DNA from: Eledone cirrhosa
Taxonomy: Eukaryota
Assembly: GCA_964016885.1 (NCBI GenBank)
Contig: OZ024746.1
Span: 22,878,001 to 22,942,000 of the forward strand
DNA length: 64,000 bases
Direction: 5' to 3'
A model generated the notes under the pieces. It ran no database searches. It was not told where the DNA came from and was given only the letters and a program-made list of their open reading frames with translations. The position numbers and the translations under genes are program-made. Shown here in pieces: positions 1 to 13,714 of this stretch (position 1 is the first letter of the stretch; each line of letters begins with the position of its first letter).

Positions 1-740
1 TTCCTTGGTCTAGTAAGAGAGTGGGAATTGTCAGAGAGTGAAGTATGTAGTGGAATACAGAGAGCGGGAGAGAATTTGTTGGTTCAGTGAGAGAGGAGAA
101 ATTAAGAGAATGAAAGAGGTATGTAGTGGAATATAGAGAGGGGGAGAGAATTTCGTAGTCTAGTGAGAGAGAGGGAATTGTGAGAGAGTGTGAGATATGT
201 CACTACATAGAGAGAGGGAGAGTTTATTGGCCTAGTGAGAGGGGAATAGAGTGAGTTATGTAGTGGAATATAGTGAGGGGCGAGAGAATTTGGTGGTTTA
301 GTGAGAGAGGGTGAAACGTGAGAGAGTGAGGTATTTAATGGGATATAGAGAGGGGCAGAGATTTGGGTGGTATAGTGAGAGAGGGGTAATTATGAAAGCG
401 ATATATAGTGAAACAGGTAGTGGGATATAGTGAGGGGGTGAGAGTTTGCAGGGCTAGTGAGAGAGTGGAAATTACGAGAGTGATAGAGAGTGAGGTATGT
501 ACTGGTATATAGAGAGGGGAGAGAATTTGGGGATCTAGTGTGAGAGGAGGAAATGTGAAAGAGTGAGGTGGGTAGTGGGACATTGAGGGTGGCAGAGATT
601 TTGCTGGTTTAGTGAGAGAGGGAGAATGTTGGTCTAGTGAGAGAGAGTGAGGCCTCTAGTGGTATATAGGGAGGGTGAAAAAGTATAATGTTTAACTGAG
701 AGAGAGGTAATATTTTGAGAGAGAGTGACAAAATAAATGT
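1..740. repeat. Degenerate purine-rich minisatellite, ~65-70 bp unit
   Basis: Recurring ggtctagtgagagag..gaattgtgagagagtgaggtatgtagtggaatatagagagggggagagaattt, about 10 diverged copies. Confidence 0.8.
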
Positions 741-789
741 TAGAGGGAAGAAAAAAGTTTTAATATTGGGTCTCACAGTAAAGTGACTG

Positions 790-1130
790 TGTATATGAGT
801 GTGTGTTTATATGTATGTGTGTGTGCATATATATATATATGTGTGTGTGTGTGTTTATAAATATATGTGTGCGTGTATTTATATATATGTGCGTGTGTGT
901 TTATTTATATATATATGTGTGTGTATATTTGTTTGTGTGTGTCTGTTTATATGTTTGTATGTGCCTGTGTACTTGTATGTGTGTGTGCATGTGCGTGTGC
1001 TTGTATATATATATATATATGTGTGTATGTGTATTTGTGTGTGTGCGTGTGTGTGTGCGTGTTTGTGTTTATATATATATATATGTGTGTGTGTGTGTAT
1101 GCGTGTTTATATATGTATTTATGTGTGTGA
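790..1130. repeat. Mixed (TG)n/(TA)n microsatellite
   Basis: Direct inspection; explains the V/C/Y/I-rich ORFs. Confidence 0.95.
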
Positions 1131-1132
1131 AA

Positions 1133-1305
1133 GTGCATGGTTAGGGTATTCGGTTCACAATCGTAAGGTCGTGAGTTGTTTCCAGGCGGCGTGTTGTGTC
1201 CTTGAGCAAGACACTTTATTTCACGTTGCTGCAGTCGTCTCAGCTGGCAAAAATGAGTTGTACCTGTAATTCGAAGGACCTGCCTTGTCACACTGAATCT
1301 CCTCT
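1133..1305 (+). mobile_element. tRNA-derived SINE with CORE-like segment (family B)
   Basis: tRNA-like head followed by gttgtgtccttgagcaagacactttatttcac; related copies near 13715, 19030, 54645 and 56560(-). Confidence 0.7.
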
Positions 1306-2236
1306 TTGTTGATAACTAAGTTGTTCAAAATGAGACAGTTCCTATGTATACCATATCACGGTGAATTGTATTGCTTCATCTGGTATTTAAGAAGTAAGGG
1401 AACATTTCCAGGTCATTTTGACTTTTATTCAGGAAGCAGTCGTCTAAATATCGTTACCAGTTATTCCTTAAATAGATGTTACGTTTCCGACAACAGGGAA
1501 TATAGCTTTTCCGATAAGAGGCCTCACACAAGTATTACATAGGTTGGGTTACTTTCGTGCTTATGTCCGTTCCATTTATTTGTAAAAAGATTGTTGTCTA
1601 CGAAAATAAATGGTTATTTTCCAGTACTAGGTTTTGGGAATCTCTCCGGGATGTCATCTGGCAGTTTCTTCAAAGTTCACTAGAACCGTTTCGACATGTA
1701 CATTTCCCTGTTGAAGTATGATACCTTTTTATTTACATAATGGGCTTCTGCAGTTTCCGCCTACAAAATTCCATTCACAAGGTATTGGTTAACTAAAGGC
1801 TATAGTAGAAAACAGTTACCCAAGATGTCGCTACACATTAGAAGTAAGCCATTAACCACACAGCATCCATGTCTGTAATGATGACATTGCAGGCTTGCAG
1901 AATGACGAAGAATTATCAGATGTTGAAGATGATTAAAGCTTTTATAAGGAGGAGTAATTTTATCGAATCTCTTATTGTTTCTTGTATATATAATTTACAT
2001 GTATTTGTATTTTCCGGCTGCTTTAATTGCAGGAGGCCATTTCTATCATGCAAATTTTCAGCTTTATCTTCAATAGAAAAAAGGCTCTTCTATTACATTT
2101 TATTCTTTTTTAAATCCCTCATTTGAAGGAACGTTTGCATGTACACTTTTGATATGTGATATTTTAATTGTAAAGGACTTCTGCTGTTATTTTGATCCTC
2201 TGTTTTATGTTAAATAGAAAATACCGGCAGTTTGCC

Positions 2237-2299
<63 letters not shown>

Positions 2300-2410
2300 G
2301 TGTGTGTGTGTATATGTATATGTGTGTGTGCACACACAAACACACACACATATACATGCATACATACACACACATATATAAAATACATACACACACATAT
2401 ATGCATACAT

Positions 2411-2447
<37 letters not shown>

Positions 2448-2456
2448 TATATATAT

Positions 2457-2635
2457 GAATGGTACCCGCGCGAGCGGAAACGACCACTCGGAAGGCGTCC
2501 ACGAGGGTGGAGTTACGATTTTAGGAATACGATTGGGACTACATGGATGAGGAAAGCACGATCCAGAGAGGAATGGACGGTGTGCTGTGACCAGCGGCGC
2601 TGAATGCACGACCGACAGACTGGTCGGTCAAGGTG
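2457..2635 (+). mobile_element. RTE-clade LINE 3' end inserted in (TA)n
   Basis: Translates EWYPRERKRPLGRRPRGWSYDFRNTIGTTWMRKARSREEW...*, matching the RTE C-terminal W.P..KR..GRP..W..W...A..R..W pattern. Confidence 0.8.
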
Positions 2636-2644
2636 ATATATATG

Positions 2645-2679
<35 letters not shown>

Positions 2680-2685
2680 ATATAT

Positions 2686-3279
2686 ATCAGAGTTTTCTTT
2701 CCCCTAGAATTCTGCCTTGACAAAGGCTAAGGGGTCATCTCTCCCGTTGATTTTGGATGGCCATTGACTCTTAAGAGCTCCTTTGCCCTTTGACAGGTTT
2801 TGTTTTTAGTCCTGCAGGATGTCCAAAGTCACCCTCCTCACCAAGAAACCTTGGTAGGGTTGCCAGTTTAGTCACCAACGACCCGACCATGGGACAGGTT
2901 GTACTGGGATACATGTTACCAGTAGTACCAACTGGTATCCAATGATGGTATCCAATGATGTTGACTTGTTCTTCTTTTTGGTAAATATCATCTTGGTTAA
3001 GAGGGTGGGACTGGCTTTGTGCAGTGCCTTTGCTCACTATAAAAGCTTCATGGCACAGGCATTGCTTTATATCTGGAGATCTCTCTGCACTTGTCGTCAC
3101 ATGGTACCATGGGCCCAGCACTATGTGTCAATAATTGTCACAAGTGTAGTGTTTGTACAAGAGTTTTCAAGTCGCTGGCTGGACTAAAAAGTCACACTTG
3201 TTCAGCGCATCGGTAGGGGTTCTCCTACATGGATATAAAGTAGTGGCCGTACTCGAAAACGAGTTTGTAGCCACCACCA
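2686..3279 (+). mobile_element. Non-autonomous LINE-derived element, copy with inverted 5' half
   Basis: Closely similar to 52049-52655 but one half is inverted; contains the ctaggagaaggaaaactctga-type motif recalled from RTE-type 5' UTRs. Confidence 0.75.
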
Positions 3280-3881
<602 letters not shown>

Positions 3882-4749
3882 TATTAATGCTGCTATAACC
3901 AAGCAGCTTCTCATCTATTTACGTGAGTTATTTTAATTGTAAATGAGTTTATTTAAACCTATCATTTTTCGCCTGATTTTTATAACCATCCCCACTGTTA
4001 TGTCGTGTAAACATGTCATCTACCATATCTAAATCGTAAATTTCTTCTCTTAAACCCCAGTGTGCATTCTAATTTTACGAAATACACTGAAATCAATTTG
4101 TAAACGAAGAGCCAAGGGCGCAGTATGCTAAAGACACTAAATAGTTTTTCCTCTACAATATTCAGTGCTGAAATGTGGTGTGTTGTATATGTCTTTATTT
4201 CTTATTTATCGTGAAATGCAGTAGTTAGAGCAATGTTGACAAATTTGTTTCTTATATAACTTGCACTCTTTAGTGCATTGACAAAAATGATGGTAAAATT
4301 GATAACACATTTAAACATAGCGTGATTCAGAACATGGAAGCATATACAATACGTTTATGTATAATAAACATATATACGTCTCGCTGTGAATATTCTAGGT
4401 AGTAATTGTGTCACAGCTACATCAGTAACAAGGTGAGGACAGCAACGTCTAGTATTTCAGGGTATTTATCAATTTTCAGTGTCATTTAGTCACTCAATAT
4501 TGAAAGAAGCTGATAGCATATATATATAGATAGATCTTTACATATAATACATTTATGGAGATGCTCATTTGCATAGAGTGTGAACATGATGGGCTGATAA
4601 TAATTAGCAATAGTGCTAACACACTATTTGGCATTCTTACACGGTTACTGGAGTAGCTGTGTAGCAATTTAAAATACTCACAGCAAGATTTATGTTTATT
4701 TATAACACATAAATATAGTGTATATACTTTCGTATCCGCCTCTATTCAT

Positions 4750-4935
4750 GCATATAGTACCTCTATACATACATATAGTACCTTAATACATACATATAGT
4801 ACCTCTACTCATACACACATAATACATCTATACATACATATAGTATGTCTATATATACAAATAGTACCTCTATTCATATATAAATATAGTACATATAATA
4901 ATCTATACACACACATATATACATAGAACCTCTAT
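4750..4935. repeat. ~20-25 bp tandem repeat (catatagtacctctatacata)
   Basis: About 6 diverged units. Confidence 0.7.
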
Positions 4936-5217
4936 AAATGCATATGGTTAATACATACAAAATTATGAATATATAAACACAGGAGTTATTCCTCTTGACT
5001 AACGAAACGATACCAACCGTATTTACCACCTTTTGACAACACGAGATCTCATATGAAGTAACGTCAGCCATTTTATCTTCTTGCCCGAAAAGAAGCAAAT
5101 CTCCGGGCGGACTATAAAATGACTTTATGGCCAATACCGTGGGACGCTTTGAAACCTTAAGTAGCAAGTAACTGTGTTGAGTAACATAAATAATATTTCA
5201 GCTCTATCTATAACAGA

Positions 5218-5832
5218 GTGCTCTTCATCAGATCTATGGAAATATTTGAGACAACATATATAATCAAACTGAACGGATACACGACATCCACCACAAACCG
5301 TGCCAGAAAGAACAGAGGACACCACATCCGAGGCACTAACACTTGCTTCCTGAAGCTCCCACACTTCAGTGAAGAAACAACAACAGCCATCCGCAGAGCC
5401 ATCAGACGAGAGGGACTGGATATCCAACTGGCCCACTCGGGTCCTTCTCTGCGCGGACGGCTGGCCAAGAGACACTCCACCAGACATGACAACTGCTGCA
5501 GACTAGCCAACTGCCCCATCAACGACACAGACCTATGCCACCAGGCTTACGTTGTATACAGACTAGAGTGTGACAAATGCAACAACTTCTACGTAGGTAG
5601 CACCACCAGACCACTCCACATAAGAATAAAAGAACACCTCAATACTAACGCTTCCTCATTTAAGAAACACCTAGTTAAATGCAAAAACACCGACAAAACC
5701 ATAACAGTTAGGATAGAAACTAAGGAAAGAAACCTCGGCAATCTTAGAATTAAGGAAGTACTAATTATAGATAGAACACAACCACCAATCAATAATAGAC
5801 TAGAACTCAACACCCAATTTATAACCCGATAG
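5218..5832 (+). mobile_element. Penelope-like retroelement ORF 3' part: RT thumb/linker plus C-terminal GIY-YIG endonuclease (5'-truncated)
   Basis: KLNGY motif, LKLPH, Cys linker CCRLANCPI..C, VVYRLECDKCNNFYVGSTTRPLHIRIKEH, KE.L.I....P.IN. Confidence 0.92.
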
Positions 5833-6380
5833 GGCTTCTAGCCCCATATTTACACACCCCACACACACACGCACGCGCACACACACACGCTTACACCTCC
5901 ACTTATTCTCTCTCACACATACACACACAAAACCAGTTCTAACACCAGATAACACCTATCCCCCACATTTACGAATAGACTTATCTTCTCACACTCACAC
6001 ACACACACTCACATACTTACACCTTCATGCATTCTCCCACACACTTATACAGGCATGTATATAAAATTAAAAAAAAAAAAAACCCTAAACAAACACCTTT
6101 TAAAGGGAGACTACTCTTTATCCCCCTAATTTTAACTCTTTGACATTAGAGATAGAACAGATACTCTATACTATTTCCTGTCAGCATGGCTTGGCAAGCT
6201 AGTTAGAACGCTGGTTTGAGACCTTTATTTCCCTCTGAAGAAGAGATATTATCTCGAAAATTAAGGACATTTAAATAAATCTAAGGTAAAAGACGAATTG
6301 TCAACAATATCTTTTACAATTGCATTCTTTGTTCTATGTCCATACCTGCATTGTTTTGGGTTTATTACACATATTCAAAC

Positions 6381-6382
<2 letters not shown>
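5833..6382 (+). mobile_element. PLE 3' pseudo-LTR/tail with hammerhead-like core, ending at (TA)n
   Basis: ccctCTGAAGAagagatattatctcGAAAattaagg at ~6231-6266, then AATAAA and a tail abutting (TA)n. Confidence 0.7.
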
Positions 6383-6464
<82 letters not shown>

Positions 6465-6489
6465 ATATTTATATATATATATATGTGTA

Positions 6490-6568
<79 letters not shown>

Positions 6569-6917
6569 TTATATATATATATATATATTCGTATATATGC
6601 GGAACCGCTTTCGTTTAGACTTATGTTGCTAAGGATAAGAGCATGTTCGAGTTTTAAGAATTTTATTAAAATGCCCTACAGTTCCTAAATACAAAATTTA
6701 ATTATCATTTCTAGAGATTCACAGCCTCATCATTGGGATGTAAAGTACCATTCGCTTATTTTTACTGCCTCTGAGAAGTTTCAAGTGGTAACTTCCCCGA
6801 TTTCCTCAACAAATAAATATAGTGATTGACTATTATTACTATGGTTATCTGCGTGGAAAAGCACAGATCTATACACACACATACATACATACATACATAC
6901 ACACATATATGTATATG

Positions 6918-6972
<55 letters not shown>

Positions 6973-6974
<2 letters not shown>

Positions 6975-7178
6975 CGAAGGAAATGTGGTAAGGAACCAGG
7001 TGAACCATAACGCACCAAAGTACTCAATACTTGAGGTAGTAGAGTGGGTAATAGGAACCAGTAAGACCCCGACAGCTGAGCTCAAGCCGTTTCGACGGCT
7101 AATTCTGGACTAAATGGAGTTTAGTCCAGAATTAGCCGTCGAAACGGCTTGAGCTCAGCTGTCGGGGTCTTACTGGTT

Positions 7179-7183
<5 letters not shown>
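6973..7183 (-). mobile_element. Fold-back element, family H1 copy 1
   Basis: Perfect 64-bp arms 7051-7114/7120-7183 plus ~78-nt unpaired tail; (TA)n on both sides. Confidence 0.85.
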
Positions 7184-7219
<36 letters not shown>

Positions 7220-7569
7220 GTATGTATATATGTACACACACACACACACACGCGCACACACACAGATATATATATATATATATAATATAGACTTGTAGAT
7301 ACAAGATAAACAACACTAGCCATGATTACACATCTGTTTGAACACAGGACTGTCAAGGATTGGAAATCTCTTCATTATTCACGGATTATGGAACCCGATT
7401 GCTCTGATATTCTTTTTATAGTTATTAGAGAATTGTAAATGGTGGCGTTGGGGAAAATATTACTGCATATAGAATTAAGTCTTATAGACACACACATATA
7501 TACACACACACACACAAGTTTATACACACACACACACATATATATATACGCAAATACACTACCCATATA

Positions 7570-7608
<39 letters not shown>

Positions 7609-7635
7609 TACACTACCTATAAAAATGTATATATT

Positions 7636-7679
<44 letters not shown>

Positions 7680-7714
7680 AACCTAAAACCCCGGTAATTT
7701 GAGTATATAATAAT

Positions 7715-8235
7715 TGTTTTTGCAATTACCTAGTGCATTACTGGTACTTTATTTTATCGACCTCGTAAGGATGAAAGGCAAAGTCAACCTCGGCGGGATT
7801 TGAACTCAGATCGTAAAGGGACGTAACTATGCTGGAAAGCATGGCGTCCGACCCTCTACCGATACTGCCAATCCATAATAATAATAGTAATAATTGTTTC
7901 TACTCTAGGCACAAGGCCAGCAATTACCCAATGCATTACTGGTACTTTATTTTATCGACCCAGTAAGGATGAAAGGCAAAGTTAACCTCGGCGGGATTTG
8001 AACTCAGTCCGTAAAGGGACGTAACTGTGCTGCAAAGCACAATATAACAATAATAATAATAATAATAATAATAATTGTTTCTACTTTTGGCACAAGGCCA
8101 GCAATTAACCAGTAGATTACTGGTACTTTATTTTATCGACCCCATAAGGATGAAAGGCAAAGTTAACCGCAGCGGGATTTGAACTCAGAATGGCAAGGGC
8201 CGTAACTCTATACGTCAAAGCATGGCGTCCGACAC
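7715..8235 (-). mobile_element. Three tandem copies of tRNA-derived SINE family A
   Basis: Reverse complement of gagttcaaatcccgccgaggttaactttgcctttcatccttacggggtcgataaaataaagtaccag, with (TAA)n tails. Confidence 0.85.
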
Positions 8236-8349
8236 AAGGGTTGACATCAAGAAAAACATCACAGACGGAACAGGACGGTACGATGTGGGTTTTGTGCGTG
8301 TAAATATTTTTATTATTTATATAAGAAAAGAAAAAAGACATAAAACATA

Positions 8350-9110
8350 TATATATATATAAACAATAAAATGAAAATTGAAACAATGAAAAATTCCCCA
8401 ATAGGGGGGGAACCTCCGAGGGTTTCTCGTGGCGAAAACCACACAAAAGACCACGGCCACCCTGACTACCAGGGCAAGCGCCTTCTCTCAAATTTTCCAT
8501 CTCTCAAACTACAGATGTATATTCAGAGTGTACATTCACCCACCTTTCAACAAACTTGCTAGAAAGCAGCACTTGCCTCTCCACCCTGATTTTCCTCTTC
8601 AAGTGAAACATGAAAAAGTTAATTAGGGATTCGCCGAAGAGGAAAGTGTTTGTCTTTAATCCTTTTAACCTTGTCCACCACACAATCTCTTTCGCCATGG
8701 CCACCAGGCAGATGAAAACCGCCTGCCCTTCCTCCTCAAAGGAAGACGGCGAGACCATCTGCACAATGGACTCAGTCGACAACCGTATCAGTCCCACACG
8801 TGACAGCAACTGTTCGACATAGCTCCACAAGTCAGCAATGCTCGGGCACTGAACGAGTGCGTGCACAACGGTTTCGTCTCTATGCGCGCATCTCGGACAG
8901 GCTCGGCTGACGGCACTTCCGTACCTGTAGAGCTTATCTCGAACCGGCAGCGCTCCCCGGTAGCACTGCCAGGCCAGGGATTTTTGGAAGTTATCCATAT
9001 GCCCCGGGCTGAAAGTTCTCCGGAAGAGAGCAAACAGCTGATCTTCTTCGACGCCCAGGATCTCTCCGAGAATGTCGTCGCTCTTCCCCTCCACTAGTCC
9101 TCTATAGAAC
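8350..9110 (-). mobile_element. L1/Tx1-clade LINE ORF2 3' fragment (zf-RVT) plus 3' UTR
   Basis: ORF 8504-9094: LAWQCYRGALPVRDKL...CPRCAHRDETVVHALVQCP..LW, IVWWTR. Confidence 0.85.
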
Positions 9111-9141
9111 TATATATATATATATATAAATATATATATAT

Positions 9142-9179
<38 letters not shown>

Positions 9180-9181
<2 letters not shown>

Positions 9182-9475
9182 ATACTTGAGGAAAAATGGC
9201 GTAGACATACAATACAAAAGGAGGAACATAATACTACCACTGATGATGTTGCAGATGTGCAACGAAAGAAATTTGTTAGACAATATATATGTGTTTATAT
9301 CTATATTATATCTGTATTTTTAACCGTTGGTCAGTCAATGGTAAACATTGAGGACCAAATGAATTAACTGTGGAGATATAAAAGATACAGAAGCGAAAAC
9401 CAACCAAACAGTGTGTTCTGTTATTATTTCTGGCAATATTATTACAACAATATGACCCTCCCCAAGTATAACTAT
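9180..9475 (+). mobile_element. PLE-type solo pLTR with hammerhead core; tail shared with 50505-50560
   Basis: CTGATGA-t-gttgca(gatg)tgcaac-GAAA at 9240-9267; tail ttattatttctgg..aatatgaccctcccc also occurs at ~50530. Confidence 0.65.
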
Positions 9476-9495
9476 ATATATGTATATATATATAT

Positions 9496-9695
9496 AACGA
9501 AGGAAATGTTGTAAGGAACCAGATGGACCATAACGTACCAAAGTACTCAATACTTAGGGCAGTAGAGTGGGTAATAGGAACAAGTATGACCCCGACGGCA
9601 GAGCTCAAGCCGTTTCGACGGCTAATTCTGGTCAAATTCCGTCCAGAATTAGCCGTCGAAACGGCTTGAGCTCTGCCGTCGGGGTCATACTTGTT

Positions 9696-9700
<5 letters not shown>
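9496..9700 (-). mobile_element. Fold-back element, family H1 copy 2
   Basis: 58-bp perfect arms 9574-9631/9643-9700 plus a tail homologous to copy 1. Confidence 0.85.
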
Positions 9701-9736
<36 letters not shown>

Positions 9737-10193
9737 TTATATATATGTTTGTGTATGTTTATGTGTATGTGTGTGTATGTCTGTGTGTGCATTGTATGTT
9801 TGCCTAGCTATATAATTCGTTTGTTTAAAGAGATAAATCCGGTAAATGTGTAATTGCAATAAGTTCAAAATATGATAACAAAGCATGCGGCGGCGCATTA
9901 ATTAATGTGTTGTTATTTAGTTAAATCGTTGTTGGCTTGGACTGAATTTAACATATTTAGCGGTCAATTGGCTTGGCAGAGCCGGAACTGATTTAGCGGT
10001 CTTAAGACCTCAATAACAACTTAATTATCCGGCCAAAATCTTCTTTATAGATTCTGTTCACATCTGAATGTGAATGACGTAGATTTTATAATCATCAGGA
10101 ATAATTAGACAGTTACTCATAAATAATGGTTGGGTTTCTAGGTTAGGCACAAGGCCAGCAATTTGGCACGATGGAAATATAAATGCTACTATA

Positions 10194-10437
10194 CAAAGGT
10201 AAGTTATAAAGTTCATAGACTGGCTATGAAGGAGTGATGCTAGAGCTGTGAAATTTTGCGTGCATTAATTTTAACATTTCCTATGCTAGTGTTGTGAAAT
10301 CTTGCATGTATTAATTTAAAATCTTCTTTTTAATAACTGCATTGTTTCTTTCCAGGAAATATGTTGAAAAATAAACTTTATTTGATCATTCCATGAGAGT
10401 ATTTTGGTCAGCCTATGGACATTTCAGTTGACCCTCG
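10194..10437. mobile_element. Mariner-like MITE, diverged
   Basis: TA-flanked; right end ...ttggtcagcctatggacatttcagttgaccctcg|ta matches the TIR tacgagggtcggctgaaaagttcataggctgaccaa at 42205. Confidence 0.6.
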
Positions 10438-10439
10438 TA

Positions 10440-10812
10440 TTTTATCGACCCAGAAAGGATGACAGGGAAAGTTGACCTTGGTACAACTTCAACTCAAAAC
10501 GTAAGATCTGGAACATGTACTACAATAAATAATAATTCTTTCTAACGATGACACAAGGAAGCAATTTGATGGAAAGGGGAATTCAATTATATCGGCACCA
10601 GTACTTTATCTTAATCGACCCCGGATGATGAAAGGCAAAGTTGACGCCGACAGAATAATAATAATAATGATTTCTACTATAAGGCACAAAGACAGCAATT
10701 TTGAGGGTGGGGAAAGTCGATTAAATCGACTCCAGTGCATTTCTGATGCTTTATTTTATCGATCTCGTAAGGATGAAAGGTAAAGCTAATCTCAGCGGGA
10801 TTTGAACTCAAC
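10440..10812 (-). mobile_element. Cluster of SINE family A fragments
   Basis: Repeated ttttatcgacc..aaggatgaaaggcaaagttga. Confidence 0.75.
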
Positions 10813-11889
10813 CCGTGTCTGTGGAATGCTGAGTAACTTTGTACGTTAATTTCACGAAAAATGCTGCTTCGCTAATCGAACGAATGGAGCATTCATAGCT
10901 GAAACCGACGGAGGACCATTCCGGCCCATTTTCCATTTCATTCCAATTGCCGAAAGGTGACAAACTTTTATTCTATACGACAGAATATTTTATTATAATA
11001 CAGTAATACAGACTCCATTGCATTGGGAGGTCATTTTATTTACATGTTTTATGTATATTTTTATATCTGTATGTCCCTATATCTCAATACATGTATAACA
11101 TTATATCTTTATGTGTATATCTTTATATCTATATGGCTTTATATCTTTATATGTTAATATCTGTATCTATAACTGTATATATTTATATATATCTGTATAT
11201 TTCTATATCTGTATATCTTTATGTTTATATCTTCATATCTATGTTTATATTTTTTTATATATATATATCTGTATATCTTTATATTTGCATCTTTATATCT
11301 ATATTTTATATCTATATAGTTATATTTGTATCTTTACATCTTTCTATATTTATATTTGTATATCTGTATGTATATATCTGTATGCATATATTTTTACGTT
11401 TAATGTAGTTAAGTATTGGTAATATAGCAGTCAAAATGTCTGAATCGAAGGAAACAACAATATATTACCATAAATAAGTTAATGTAGTGTTATAACCTGA
11501 TTATAGAAGCTTGCTGAAATCCCAATTTAAAAGTGACATTACATTTAACATAGCTGACAAGTATGTATGCAACCCTTTTGTTACCATATTTCTAATGCAA
11601 TTCAGTTCCCGTGTACTTGAGTTTATTTTGAAAATAATTGAAACTGGAATCATTTAATAAAGCAACAAACATTTTTTTATTTGTAAGCTGATGTTTGGAG
11701 CATTACTTAACAAAGTGTTCTTAAATAAAATTATGATGAAAGATTTATAGATGAATAAAAAATATAAGTTAACCCTTTCGTTGCCATATTTTTAATGAAT
11801 GACAATGTTTATGTTTCAATTAATATTGTAAATAATTAAAAAATTGGAATAATTTAGTAATATAACTATCTTATTATTAAGCTAGTGTG

Positions 11890-12110
11890 CAGGGTGGTGG
11901 ATCGGCAGTATCGGGAGAGCGTCGGACAACAAGCTTTGCGGCATATAGTTACGGTGCTTCACGTTCTAAGCTCAGATTCTGCCAAGGTTAACTACGCCTT
12001 TTATCCTTGCGGTGTCAATAACATAAAGCACCAGTAACTCCCTGGGGTCGATTTAATCGAAATTCTCCTCCTCCAATATTGTTGGCCTTGTGCCTACATC
12101 AGGAACCATT
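11890..12110 (+). mobile_element. SINE family A
   Basis: ggtggtggatcggcagtatcgg head, conserved core, ttggccttgtgccta tail. Confidence 0.75.
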
Positions 12111-12668
12111 ATTGTAAAAGATACATCAGAAACCATTATTAAGCTTGTGTTTGAAGTATAACCAATCAAAGAATCTTATACTGACTTCTGATAAATAATA
12201 TATTTAAATGTAAATTATCTGTGTACCTGGCTTGTACTCAGAAATTAGGAGACGAACGCCCACAAAAATACATATTATTTTTAATCCCATCGGATAAATA
12301 ATGGTATTTTATTATTGTATGAAACTAATTTATATTAAACTAAATACTATGTATTTTCCTATATTTATACTCAATAAAGTCTTGCCATTTTGTTTTGGAA
12401 TTGTCACACTTTCTTCATTCTGTAGATGTAATGCGTGAGAAAGAAAAAGAGAGATGGTAGAAATTGAGAGAGAAAGCGAAAGACAGAGAGAGGGAGAAAG
12501 GGGGAGAGATATATGAAAGAATATGAGTGAAATCATCAAAGAAAGAGAGTCAAGTTTTATTGAGATTTAAAAATTAAGAAAAATTGTTACAGAAGGTGAG
12601 GAGGGGCAGCCTACTTTGATCATAATATTTACTACACATGAAAGTGTGTGTGTATATATGTTACTACT

Positions 12669-12725
<57 letters not shown>

Positions 12726-12767
12726 GTAAATATGTTTTGAAACAGTGAGCAGGTTTGAAATTAGAAA

Positions 12768-12969
12768 ATAGAATAGCTTTCACCGTATTTTTTGACTAAA
12801 GAAATTTTAGTGTGATAATGGGGTTTAGAACCCTCAGATAAATAGAAAAAGATGAGTATTGACGTCATGTACATCAATACTCATCTTTTTCCATTTATCT
12901 GAGGGTTCTAAACCCAATTATCAGACTAAAATTTCTTTAATAAAAAAAATACGGTGAAAGCTATTCTAT
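12768..12969. repeat. Fold-back hairpin, ~95-bp arms
   Basis: Arms 12768-12862/12874-12969 with few mismatches; abuts (TA)n. Confidence 0.85.
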
Positions 12970-12976
12970 ATATATA

Positions 12977-13135
12977 TAGTTCCACAACAGTTAGTTCACC
13001 ATACTGAGCTGAGGAATAAGGTGAAACATTTGTTCTCAGTATGGTGAACTAACTGTTGTAGAACTACTTCTACCAAACTTCTCCCATGGGCTGAGTGCTC
13101 TACTACTACGGATGTAACCCACCAGAAAGTAAGGG
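12977..13135 (+). mobile_element. Fold-back element whose loop is a hammerhead core
   Basis: 32-bp arms 12977-13008/13035-13066 enclose CTGAGGA-ataaggt-GAAAC-attt-GTT; tail contains ctgagtgctc. Confidence 0.75.
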
Positions 13136-13167
13136 TTTTTTTAAATGTCCCACACGGGTAATAATAT

Positions 13168-13370
13168 TAGGAAAGGAAATAGAAGATGCAGCTGGAGTCT
13201 TTTAACAATATTTATTTACTTTACTGGTTTCACAGTTCTTATTATTTTCAAAAGTAAAATTGAGATGGAGGGTTTATGTTTCTGTTGTAGTTTGTCTCGC
13301 AGATGTGAAACCGGTAAAGTAAATAAATATTCTTAAAAAACTCCAGTTGTAATTTCAATTTCTTTTCCTT
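13168..13370. repeat. Diverged inverted repeat with GAAACCGGTA (PLE hammerhead-type stem III)
   Basis: Arms ~13168-13233/13304-13370. Confidence 0.65.
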
Positions 13371-13714
13371 ATACATATATAGGATGCTTAAAATATTTAG
13401 ATTTGTACTTCATAATCAAACATTTGAAAATATGTCAATCAAATTCTAATGTTTTGTATTTTGTATTAAAAGAGGGGCAACGTTATGAGTTTTCTGGTGT
13501 TATTATCTCTCATTAAGTGAAGGTGTCTTACTTGTCGTATATACTCAGCCGACCCCATTATTTTGTCTGAGAAATGGGCAAACATTAAAACCTTATTTAC
13601 ATAGAATTTGAAGTAGGTGAAAATCCTCAAAATATTGACCTCGAATTTAAGCCGGCCTCTTCTACCATCGAATTTTGGTCACATATTCCTTATATTCGAG
13701 TATATACGATAATA

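Noticed and set aside
7085-7150. GAAAC in family H1 as a hammerhead
   Set aside because: No CTGANGA box in any H1 copy, and agccgt-cgaa-acggct is simply a tetraloop hairpin. Ribozyme not claimed for H1.
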